Below are positions 33,237-44,182 of a stretch of DNA of 64,000 nucleotides, piece by piece. Source of the DNA: Craspedostauros australis (Eukaryota). Position numbers and translations under genes: made by a program. The first letter of the stretch is position 1. Each line of letters opens with the position of its first letter. The notes under the pieces were generated by a model. It searched no databases and was not told the DNA's origin. It worked only from the letters and a program-made list of their open reading frames with translations. The stretch spans positions 1 to 64,000 of the forward strand of contig JALAGF010004522.1 of the NCBI GenBank assembly GCA_030167865.1, in the 5' to 3' direction.

Positions 33237-35076
33237 GGTTGTTGTTGTTGCTGTTGGTGTTGTGATTATTTGATGTCTTGTTTTGTTGCGTTGCGTTGCG
33301 TTATGTTGCAGCGCTTCTGTTGCTGTTGTCGTTGTTGAGACGAGTTTGATGGATGCCTGCTTTGTTGGGATGATTTTTATGTGCACCACAAACAAGACAG
33401 GGGCGACAAAAGGAGGAGCAATGCGTGTTGATGGCCACTTGTGATCGTGGCTTCATCACGGCAAAATGTGAGTGCTGGGGTTAGCCTGCCGATGGAACGT
33501 TGAGATGGGTTTTGGCTTTTGTCGGCAACAGGAACGACATGATCGCGCAAACGCCTTGTCTCACGTACCCAATGTACCAGCTTCCTACGACGATCCATTT
33601 TTGGAGCTCGTATCTTGTATCATCTTTTGGTGATGGATCGGTTGTATCCCACCGTGTCTTATTTTTGGACCTCTCCATCCTCTGCAATGTTCTGAATCTC
33701 GACCCATTCGAGCCAATGCTCCGACCAACACAGACAGAATGCCAATCCACCGACAAGCGAAGAACGCACAATGACCAAGCCGAATTCTCAAATTTGATTG
33801 GCGAAGTGGCGAACTGCGTGTTCGTTTTGGGTCGCTGACGGTCTGCCAAGCCAGTCATGTCTTTGCCCAGAACAGCCATCGGCATCTTGTCGTGGAGGAT
33901 GATGCACGACTCGAACAGAACAACAGCCAGCCCAGAGACGGCCATGCTCGTTCTTCCCCACAGCCCACGATCTCCAGCCAATCAGACGAAGACCGACCTC
34001 TCGCGCTGTGACACATGACAGCACATGAACGGCTGGAAAAGACGTCGCACCAGATGATGGATGTCATTGGGAGCCTTGGCATTTCACGAATGATGGCGGG
34101 TTCGTTTCGCCATTGTTATCTCTTGTTCGGTGTCGACTGCAGTCCCGCGGCACGTTGTTCCACCAACAGGAACACTGGGGTTGTTCGTAGATTTGGTAGA
34201 GGAGCGTACGAGTGGCAGTAACACGAGTAACAGTACCCCACGCTAAGAATGCGATCGGAACACGAATGATCACGCTACTACGACTACGGTACCCGCACCT
34301 TCAGGTACTCCACAGAACGAAGCACGGTTTAGAGCGCGAGTTCCATGTACCTGTGACTGCACTGTTGGCTGGGAACAGAGGAATGACAATTCTCCTTTTT
34401 GTTGTTCTTCCGCCTGGCGCAAAGGGGCAGTGTTCCCTTGGGAACTTGCGCCGCTGTTCGAATCCTGGAGGAGAGGACAAGAGGTCTCATGATTGATGGA
34501 TTGGATAGTCCATCGTAGATCGTGCACGTGCGACCTACTGTAGCTCGAAGGTGTTCGCGCCGACCCAATCAACCTCAACTCCTGTTCTATCATGATTGAT
34601 CCACCCCTCTCTCTCTTGTGCTTTGACTCCGACCTCTCCCAAGAACAGTGTTCTGTTCTGACCCTCCCTCTCCTCTCTTCTGTTCGGCCATCTTGGGGAT
34701 GTCAGCGACGTACGAGCTACGAGTGGGGGTGCGAGAGAAGCACAACAAGACCTCACAAAACATGATGTGACATGTTGTGGTGTGATGGAGTATTGGCAGT
34801 CGTAGTCGTACAGACCTCACAAGACACCAACTCCTATTCCAAATCATGCGCTATGGCTGTGCTTGTCCGTCGATCGTAATCCTGTGGTGACGCCATGTAC
34901 TGTGCACTGCCTCTCGTACCATAACTGTACGTACACGTACGGTATTGCCACACATTCGCAGCACGAGAAGGTCAACAACATCCTCCACATGACATGACAC
35001 CATCTGATGCCACGCCACATCATGTCATGCCATGAACGATAACGGTATGGTTTCCGCGCCATTCTCGTGTGAGCCA

Positions 35077-35104
35077 TACGGGTACGGGTACGGGTACGGG
35101 TACG
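35077..35104. repeat. (TACGGG)n hexanucleotide microsatellite
   Basis: tacgggtacgggtacgggtacgggtacg. Confidence 0.85.
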
Positions 35105-35529
35105 AGTACTCCATACAATGCGCAGACGCCCTGGAGTATAGGTATTGTACAACCTACCCAGAAGACTGACTTCAAGCGACAGGACGGAACGATTTGGAAA
35201 GAGCAGCACAGCGCAACAGTGTTGGCAATGACAATCGGTGACGGAAATGGCGGCAGCAACATTGCACGAGAACGTGAAATTCTATTCCGAAGAATTTGCA
35301 CCATCTGCTGCCTGCCTGCCTTGCTTTCTTCATCCTCTCATCACTATCATCTTCTTCTTCTTCTTCACTCTCTTTCGCGTACAATACATCGAAGCCACAC
35401 ACGATACTCCATGTGGCATGGCATGGTGGGTGCATGGTTGAGCATAAAACGTGGTATCTCTACACTCGTACGTGCGTGCGTAATGCTCATATAATGCGTA
35501 ATATATGATATAATGGATGCTGAACTTCG

Positions 35530-36312
35530 TCACCGCCGTTCTGTTTGGTTATTGCCGTCGTCGCTGTCATTACGGCTGCCCGTATCGTCCTTGTCTCCAT
35601 TGTCGCTAGCGCTATCGCTCTGCCGCAGATTCGTCGGATCCGCCAACGAGATCTTCAATGAGCAGTAGTCTTCGCCCTTCCAGTATTTGTGCTCCATTCG
35701 GCTGGCCAGCAGTTTGCGGCCGACGAACCAGTTGCTGTAGAGGCCAGTATTCTCCACCTTCCGTATTATGTTCGCCACAGTGTTGTCGTTCTGATTGTCC
35801 TTGCCTTTGCACAGCGGCAACGTGTGCACCGTCAGCATCCCGTGCAGATTCCCAAACACGATATCAGTCAGCAACCGATCTCCCACCATGCACAGTTCGG
35901 CGGCATCGTCGACCTCGAAGTGATCCATCACCTCCTCCAAGCCGCCAGGCTTCTTCTCGGTGTGCCTGATGACGGCGATTCCCAGCTTGTCCTCGATCTC
36001 CGCGGCGTCCTTGTACTCCGGATCGTCCAACGTGCCGGCGCTGTTGCTCATGATGGCCACGTTGGAAGAGCCAAAGACGGATTGCGCATGCGACAGACCC
36101 GACCTGGCATCTTCGTGCAGCGACATGCCGTACGGCGCCGTCAGGGTGTTGTCCTTGTCAAAGATCACTGCCTTGATGCCGCATCTCTCCTTCAGCGCCG
36201 TGTAGTTGAGTTCCGAGATGTTGGAAACGGCGACATGAGGCACCAGCAGCGACGGCCGACGTGCCACGGATGCCAAGGTCAGCAGCGCCTTTGTGTTGAG
36301 CGATTGCACCAT
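35530..36312 (-). CDS. GEP4: HAD-family IIIA phosphatidylglycerophosphate phosphatase (GEP4/PGPP1/YqeG-like)
   Basis: HAD motifs IFDKDNTLT, MSNSAG, KKPGG and MVGDRLLTDI. N-terminus RPSLLVPH resembles Gep4. Confidence 0.85.
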   Translation of the reverse strand: MVQSLNTKALLTLASVARRPSLLVPHVAVSNISELNYTALKERCGIKAVIFDKDNTLTAPYGMSLHEDARSGLSHAQSVFGSSNVAIMSNSAGTLDDPEYKDAAEIEDKLGIAVIRHTEKKPGGLEEVMDHFEVDDAAELCMVGDRLLTDIVFGNLHGMLTVHTLPLCKGKDNQNDNTVANIIRKVENTGLYSNWFVGRKLLASRMEHKYWKGEDYCSLKISLADPTNLRQSDSASDNGDKDDTGSRNDSDDGNNQTERR

Positions 36313-36360
36313 GGCGTCTGGAGTCTGGAGCTGTCGCTACTCCCCGTATTCGAGTGTGTG

Positions 36361-36384
36361 TATGCGTATGCGTATGCGTATGCG
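36361..36384. repeat. (TATGCG)4 microsatellite upstream of the phosphatase gene
   Basis: tatgcgtatgcgtatgcgtatgcg. Confidence 0.85.
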
Positions 36385-37072
36385 TGACGTCAAGACGATC
36401 GCCGAGCTGAGGTGAGCGGAGCAGAGTACTCTATTGGAATCGGAGTTAGACGCCCTGGGAGTTGTCGATGATCGTGTACCTTGCAGGTGCAGGAGGTGCA
36501 GGAGAGAGAGAGCGCGCGAGAGAGGACAATGGAGTGGCATCAGCCGAGAAGCATTGTCCATGGTGTCATCCTGCCTCTCGGCGCCGCTTCGTCTGTCTGC
36601 TTCGTTGTTGGTGGTCAATTCTGTTGTCGCAGATTCGTGGTTTTCGTTGTTTTTGTTGGTTTGTTCTTGTCGTCACGTTTTCTTGTTGTTCTGAGGGAGA
36701 TGCGAAGGACAGACTGAAACCATCATCGTGTTCTGCGGAACTCCTGTAATCCAAGTGGTCGTAAATGGTATCATTCGCGGTCATTTCGCATCGGATTCTT
36801 CGCTTCTTGCGCATCTCTTTGTGTGCCAAACATTTGGCAAGACCACAACGAGGCACGACCACAACGCAACCGGACTCCCAAGAGACGACACAGCAACATC
36901 GGCGCCTCCATCTGGTTGCCACTCCAACAGAACACGATCGTCGACGAGAGTGAGAGAGTGAAAGCAAGAGCGAGAGTCCAACAGCACACAAGCATTTCGT
37001 ACTTTCATCGAAGTAACAAAATACATCAACGTGTACCCAAATCCACGAGAGGCCAGTTCGATCAGAGACAAG

Positions 37073-37522
37073 ATGAGAAACCAATACTGTGGCAAGCACA
37101 ATGGCTCCTGGAGCTTCCCATCGGCTGCGCTGCTGCTCTGCGTCGCCGTTATCGTCATGAGCACCAGCACAACCACGACGGTGAGGGCGCAGACCGACGC
37201 ACCGACCATGGTGCCGACCTCGAAGCCCTCGTTCAATCCGTTCATCGAACATCAAGGTCCGGGTAGGATGGTGTGCGTCGATCCAGAGGACAGCTGCTCC
37301 TTCACCGGCTGCGAGCTGAGCGAGAAGGGCACGCTGGATCGCAGATCCGCTACTGGCAGCGAGGGTCACCAAGAGTTTGACGTGTTCAACAACTGCACGC
37401 TGTCATGCACTGCCAAGTGCACCTTCACGCCCAAGAAGGACGATGACTCGGCCGCTGGCTCGGTGGCCTACGCCGTTGCGGGTGTCGTCGCATCCCTTCT
37501 CGCCATCATGCCGATGATGTAA
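37073..37522 (+). CDS. Small secreted, probably GPI-anchored Cys-containing surface protein (149 aa)
   Basis: N-terminal hydrophobic stretch AALLLCVAVIVM, a TDAPTMVPTSKPS linker, 6 Cys in the mature part, and C-terminal DSAAGS plus hydrophobic tail VAYAVAGVVASLLAIMPMM. Codons are GC3-rich. Confidence 0.7.
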   Translation: MRNQYCGKHNGSWSFPSAALLLCVAVIVMSTSTTTTVRAQTDAPTMVPTSKPSFNPFIEHQGPGRMVCVDPEDSCSFTGCELSEKGTLDRRSATGSEGHQEFDVFNNCTLSCTAKCTFTPKKDDDSAAGSVAYAVAGVVASLLAIMPMM

Positions 37523-38502
37523 AAGTCGGCGTGCAGCTAGGGAGAGAAAAATGGGAAAGTGGTAGCGAGAGGAAGCGAGAGAGAGAAGGAGGGGGCAGAG
37601 AAGGTTGGAGCCCAAAGGAACAAGGACTTTCAAATGATGGGTCGCGATCATTCCGTGATTTACCATTCACCATTCATGCAGCGGCCAATGTCATGGCTTG
37701 CTATGGCATTTGATTCCTCACAGGCGTTTTTTGGTGTGTGATGGAAGTGGCGGACTGATGAGATCGATGGACTGACTACGACTAATGGGCGCGACATGAC
37801 CATCGAGCATTCGCTGCGGACGCATCTCGTGTCGCCCAACAAACATTTGGCACGAATGGACTCTCTTCAGGCAGTCATTTGCCAATTCTGGTGGTGAGCG
37901 AGAAAGAGAGAGAGAGAGACAGAACAGTCCATGATTGGAAGATATTGTCAAAGAGAGAGAGAGAGAGAGCAATGACGGCAAGCCTCATGCGACAGATGAA
38001 GATGAATGCCAGTGCTGGGGTGCATAATAGTTGTACCGTACAATTACTCAGACCAGTGCTCTGTGTGGAGTACCCGCACTCTTTTTATTGCAGCATGGAG
38101 GACAATAATTTTGCATGTGACTGATCTTCTACTGCGAGCTTTGTCTGCTCTCACAACGTCTCCTGTCTGATGACTCCTGGCATCAACGAGCTTGTGTTCC
38201 TACGAACTACATTCGGCCACAAGGCTACGATCTGCGCCAAGAAATTGATTGATGTGGGACGCTCTTTGATGGATTTGTTCCAAGTGGAACGCGTGATCTC
38301 GGCAAAACCAAAAGAGCCAACAACAACAAATCCAACACAAAACCATCACACATCCATCACGAACATCCATCATCCACCATCGACTTCGATTGCATCGAGA
38401 TACAGGAAAGAGCCCATCAACAGGGACTTCGAGCAACACCAATCATCACAGCAACCTCCATAGCAACCGCCACAGCAACACCACATTCACAGATAGCAAA
38501 GA

Positions 38503-39270
38503 ATGAAAATGATGCAAATGTCCAGCACCGCAATCGTCCTGCTGCTGCTCATCGCACTCGCGACAGTCAACGGGCAAGGCTTCCTGCGGAACGGATTCAA
38601 GTCGGAGATGGGCAAGGACTTCTCTGACTCCATGGCCGTCAACCAGCAGGGACCGACGATCGGCATGTCGCAGGAGATGGCCATGGCGTCGTCTTCGGAT
38701 TGGCAGATCCAGCCCATGGGCTTCGACAACGTCAAGGACAAGGCCCTGCGCAAGCACCTGGAGAGCTTCTTCCAGGAGCCCATCCTGCTGAAGCTGTCGA
38801 CGCGCAAGGGCAAGCACGGCATGCGCGCTGTCGGGGTCATGGAGAATTCCGGAAAGCGGCTTCGCGCGTACTGGCGTCAGACGCCGGCGGACACACGCAC
38901 GTCGACCAGCGAGATGCTGACCATGTCGTACGATGAGGCGGTCCGCACCCGATTGCCGGCGCTGGAGTTCGAGGTGCAGCTCCCCCCAATCGCCGGCGCG
39001 GCGCGCAAGGGAAAGAAGAAGCTGCCGTCCGTCATCTGCAGCGTCATCGTCGAGCAGGGCGCGATCAACAAGAAGGCCATGATCCCGCGCGGTTCTGGCA
39101 AGGTCAGCGTGCTGCCCACTGGGCGGTCGGCGTCAGAAGCGGTGGACATGCAGACCATCCAGGCAGGACGCACGCATGTGACTATTCCCATGAAAGCAGG
39201 TCTCGTCGATCCATCGTGGGCACGAGGACGCAGCATCTTCCGAAGAGGTCGTCCCACCGGATCCGTTTAG
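38503..39270 (+). CDS. Hypothetical signal-peptide protein (255 aa), possibly plastid-targeted
   Basis: Strong coding-type codon bias. Signal MSSTAIVLLLLIALATVNG followed by QGF. No family recognised. Confidence 0.75.
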   Translation: MKMMQMSSTAIVLLLLIALATVNGQGFLRNGFKSEMGKDFSDSMAVNQQGPTIGMSQEMAMASSSDWQIQPMGFDNVKDKALRKHLESFFQEPILLKLSTRKGKHGMRAVGVMENSGKRLRAYWRQTPADTRTSTSEMLTMSYDEAVRTRLPALEFEVQLPPIAGAARKGKKKLPSVICSVIVEQGAINKKAMIPRGSGKVSVLPTGRSASEAVDMQTIQAGRTHVTIPMKAGLVDPSWARGRSIFRRGRPTGSV

Positions 39271-40835
39271 ACTTCACGTTGATCTTGATCTTAGGAAGAG
39301 GTGGTGGACTGTCATGAAACACGTCTTTGCTCCTGAAGATTCGCGGATCACACCACGCTTCAGCAATTCTTTCCATTGCGTGGTATCTGCGAGTAATCTG
39401 AAAAAGTATGTGGAGTACATCATGGACATTCGCACATTACTATCCGCAAGAGAAGAACGATGTCACTGATACGTCCGGACGTACGATACCAACACGTACT
39501 CATGCGGATGTGCATCCACTGCAATCTACCACAAACTCAAAGCAAATCAACTTCAGAATGCTCCCCAGCGAGCAGATTAAGGCACTCTGCTTCAGCACAT
39601 ATGGGAGACGGTGATGGTGCAAGCATGTACTCTATCAGCGCTGCAGTTGGAGTGGAGCAGGATGGAGCGGTGACAGAGTCGAGCACCCTGGGTTCATGTG
39701 TTTCCGTTGGCTCCAATACACAATACTCAAACCATGGTATTTAGATACAATATCTCTCAATTGGTGATATCTCTTGTGTTGTACAGCGTCTGTCCCATGA
39801 AACCGAAAGCGACACACGAAGAACAAATCGTCAACACACACGTACGCATCCAGACATAGGAACGACATCTTCCACAATGGGCGTACCCAAGAGCGGACCT
39901 CAGACACAAGACAGCTTGCATGAATGCGAATGTTTCTTCTGATTGGACGCTTGAGAATGACGACAGCGACAAGGCGAAGTGCGAAAGTCGATTGTCGAAT
40001 GACGTAGCGCACAATTATTGAAAACGTTCGACTGCGTCGTTGAAGCGCTATTTCCAAACCGTGTTAACGAAGACGTAATTGCGCTCCTTGCGTGTCATGC
40101 TCTTCTTCACGTGTTGTCTGTGCGGCCGGGTGCCGCATGGCATCGAGAAACCAGGAGGAAACAACTGCTGATCGATCGCCCTGAAGTGGAATGGGACAAC
40201 TGTTTCTGTGTCTTTGCCAAGCAGTCGCGGTGCTGTGTCTCTGTGGATGCAAAACGCGTTGCGTGCGTTTGTGTCGTGTTGTTGTGTGACGATCCGAGCG
40301 TCGTTTGCGCTCCTTGGTGTCAAGGGAAGGAGAGTTGAGCGGAGCATGGCTTGTTGTGCCTGTGCGGAAGTCAACGCTTGTGGTTCGACTTTGCCTGATG
40401 ACGATGATGTCGACGATGGTGATGATGACCATGACCGCACCGTCTTTGGGCAGAGCATTGATTGTGCCGTCGCTCCGTTTCCCAATCGTCGTGTGAAGAG
40501 GCTCGCAATGCAGACACGCGTTCGGCGTATTCAGAACAGTGGGAAAGTGTTGCAGTCCACGAAGACATTTGAGAGATGCTTGCTGCACGAGTATGAAAAC
40601 ACCATGTTTGTGAACGCACGATGTTGTTGAAACGGTATTGTATTGTATGGTATGGTAGAGTGTAGTGGCTGGTTGGTTGCTATGTGATGAATTGATTAAT
40701 TGATGATCCGAGTATGGTATTTACTATATATGGTATTGTACATGGAAGGGTTCGAGTTGACACGGGTGTGTTCATGACCAGTTTGCAGAACGTGCTGCGG
40801 TTCTGCGCCTCAAGAAGCAACGGAATGATCGACGT

Positions 40836-42319
40836 TTAGGAGTGCTGTGGAGTCCGCAGCGCCGCCATGTAGGCATCGTAGAGCATGGCCTTCGCCGCCC
40901 TCATGGTCTCGTTGGTGTCGCGCTCCCGCAGGACCTGCGTGACGAAGACGTTGTCGTTGGAAATGAAGGGGATGAGACAAGCCTCGTCCGTCCTATTTGG
41001 CACGACGGTGTCGGCTACCCTCGTGGCAGATGGTGGATGCTGCGGCTGTGGCATCGCTTCCGCGCGTGTTGTGGCGACCACATCTGTACCGATGGTGGGT
41101 TGAGATGAGACGGCAGTGGCGCCTGACGGTGAAGGATGCGCGGCAGAAGAAGGAGCAGAGCTGCTGCAGGAGCCGCTCTGATTGCTGATGGTCTCGGTGG
41201 ACGCGCTGCTGCAGTCCATGTCTTCGTCGCAGCCTCGGGCGGCGGTCTCCTGAAGGAGGCGCTTCTTCGGCGGAAGGGCTTTGCGTGGGACGGAGCTGTT
41301 GCTCGCCCTGTTGGTGTTGCTTGCATTGTTGACGTTGTTGGCGGTGGCGTGAGCAGCCGCGACAGATGGTGCGGGTCTGTCCTTGCGGTCTCTTGACTTC
41401 TGGCAGACCATGTCGAGGCAGAGCTCGGGTCTGTCCCTTCGGAACAGCGGATGGTAGAAGGCTCCTGTATCAGCGCCTCTCGTGGCTTGGCGGAATCCCC
41501 TGTGAGTCGAATGAGGTATGAGACAGAAAAGAAGAAGGAGAAAAGAAGAAGCGGAGTGGAGCAGTAGGTCGAGGGCGTGACGTGGATGTGTGAGGAGGAA
41601 TACGAGCATGCGATTGAGAATGTCACGAGACGGGGCAACGGACGGCAACGAAGCCGTTGCTCGTATTGTAGTGTATTGCATTGTGTTGCTTACCATCGAT
41701 TGAGCTTGCGCGTGAAGGAGGGGTACTTGGTGCTGGCACGAGCGTCGACCGGCGGTAGGTACTTGGGCAGGACTTCCTCGGTGAAGATGTCGGGACGGAT
41801 GATGACGAAGGACCTGCCGTGAGGCAGCCAGGAGATGATCTCGGTGAGGGTTGGATCGGAGAGGATGTCCATGAGCCTCTGGGGGAAGATCTCTCGCTTC
41901 TTGCTGGTGGTGGATTTCGTTTGTTGTTGCTGCTGTTGTTGCGGCTTCTGTTGCAGCTTCTGTTGTTGCTTCTGCTGCTTCTTGGGCTTGTGCTGGGTCT
42001 GTGGCCTGGTCTTCTTCAGAAGTTCTTCATCGTCATCGCTCACGACGGTTCGTTGCTGTTGCTGTTGTTGGTGCTGTTGTTGGCGCTGCTGCTGGTGCGA
42101 TGATCCGAGTGTACTGCCTTGCCTCTGCTTCATCGGTTGCTTCATCGCCCGCACGGATGTCTGATGTGGCTGCTGAGGCAGTTGGTGCTGTTGGCGCTTG
42201 AGTTCCCGCTCCTTCTGCTTGCGCTGCAGCAACTGCTTGGGATCGACCACAAGCTCGGTGAGCGCCGTGGCTGCTTCCACGAGTTGCGAGAGGCCGATGG
42301 CCTGAATGTCAGCCACCAT
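40836..42319 (-). CDS. HSF: Heat shock factor (HSF)-type transcription factor (2 exons)
   Basis: Exons 42319-41694 and 41499-40836; the intron splits the Trp codon of KLNRW|GFRQ. HSF DNA-binding domain FPQRLMDIL...IISWLPHGRSFVI...KYPSFTRKLNRWGF...FYHPLFRRDRPELC. Confidence 0.95.
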
Positions 42320-43015
42320 GTTCCTGATTCTCTGTTCGTAGTTGCTGTTATGATCAACTGTGACGTTGGCTGTCGTTGGTCGTTGGTTGGAGTTCGAGGC
42401 GAAGAGTCAAGAGTTGAAAGGTGAGGGTGAAGAACTGCTTGTGGTTCCTTGTGAAGGCTTTGGCTTATGGATCAATCAAGATGGGTGTTGGTTGTTGGGT
42501 GTTGGTTCTCGATTGTTGCTTGTTTGTGAGGACGATGGAGTCCAGGATCGTCGTTCGGTGTTGTTGTTGGTGAAGCTGGACCTTTTGATGCTGTCGATCA
42601 GTGCACTTGAGGGAGCGCAAGGCGTGGCACCAACCATGAAACAGGACGTCACTCTGTGTGTGGTGCTTCCACAGTATTTTGGTGTTTCCTTGGTGCGAGC
42701 CAACAGGGCACAACGTTGGTGATGGACTACCCTGACATCCTCTTGTGAAGAGACCAAACAACGAGAAAACAACACGAGACCACACAAATCGATCAGTGAC
42801 ACCGTACCGAAGTCGATGAATTGGTGTGCTTGTGTCTGCGTCTCTGTCTGCGTCTTCGTCTGTGTCTGTGTCTGTGTCTTTCCACCAGCTTGGAAGTTCC
42901 CCACGGTTTCATCGAAAGACAGGTGGATTGGACACGCGGCCGCTGGTGATCCACTGAAAACCGACGTGTGCCGGAGACTCAGACGATGGCGATGAAAGAT
43001 GGTGCTGACACATGA

Positions 43016-43232
43016 CCAATTCTCGACCAATCAAATCGACGGAAACCTGCGACATAGTTCGCATGGGGTGTGATCACCACGCGAAGAACTGATGAGCTGG
43101 TCTCACGTGTGACACGAAGCGTTCCTCCATCCAATGGGCGTTTTCTTTGTTTCGAACCGTTTCCAGCCAATCAGAATACTCGAAAACTATAGACGCTGAA
43201 TGACGTTGGAGGCCTTTTTCTCTGCAGATTGG
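43016..43232. promoter_or_regulatory. CCAAT-box cluster in the divergent HSF/DUF1769 intergenic region
   Basis: CCAAT at 43016, 43027, 43131 and 43167, and ATTGG at 43228. TGACGT at 43201. Confidence 0.35.
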
Positions 43233-44182
43233 CTGCAACATCAGAACTCTTCGCTGCTCACACGGGTGATGGAGAAAGCGTCAGGAATGACGAGGTTTGA
43301 CTCAATTTCTCGTTCATCCTGCGTCACCCTAAGTAACGCTGCAACTTCAACAACACAAGAGAGGTGTCACGAGGCCAAATCAATCGACGCCGTTATGATA
43401 AAAAAGGGTAAACGAGCAACATCAGCGCTTTCCCATCGATGCCAAACACGTCAATGCCACGTCAGTTTGCGGTATTGAATCAGCTCCAGTTGATCCTCCG
43501 TGCGACATGTCACAGCTGGAAGGATTGACATTCAACTTCTGTTCCTTCTGTTTGCGACCCGTCCGACCAACGAACGATGCAAATTCAGCAAATCGTGAAT
43601 GAAATAAGCACAACGAATCCCTCAAGGATTCGTTTTGGGCGTGATTCGATTTACTTGTCAATGTGTGCAATCGTGTGTGTCGATTTCAATGACGAAGCCA
43701 TGCGTCTGTCTGTCCGTCAGTTCTCGCAATTGTTTCGTTCCTCTCAGTCGTTCATGGATCGTGCATTGATCATTCGTGTCAAACTTTGGCCGCGAACTGC
43801 CTCCAACAACACCAAGCGGACAAAACGGCGTTGTTCTTTCGTACACAAACCGTATTGAACTTCACCGGCAGCTCCTGTGTGGATGAGAAAAAGATGCCCA
43901 GAGTGCCTGCGCAACGTTTGTCGTGTCGCTTTGGAACAACTTTGAAGAATTGGGGCGAAGAGGTGGGGATGATTACTGCGCGAGAGGTCTTTGATGTGCG
44001 AACAAAGACACTGCCTTCTCCCTCCTCCTCTTTGTTTGGGGACACCCCTCCGATTCCGTTCTTGTGCTCTCTGTGTTTGGTAACTGTCTCGTCGCGTGCC
44101 AAGTGGTTCATGAATCTTCACGCAGCCGACTCGTGCCTTTCCATCCTTGGTATCCATCCAACCATCCAACCATCCAACTGAC

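Noticed and set aside
34408..34476. Functional tRNA gene
   Set aside because: A- and B-box-like motifs are present, but the acceptor and T stems do not base-pair.
39757..40485. Collinear minus-strand ORF pieces separated by in-frame stops, a possible decayed gene
   Set aside because: No family recognised. It lies between convergent 3' ends and needs tBLASTx evidence.
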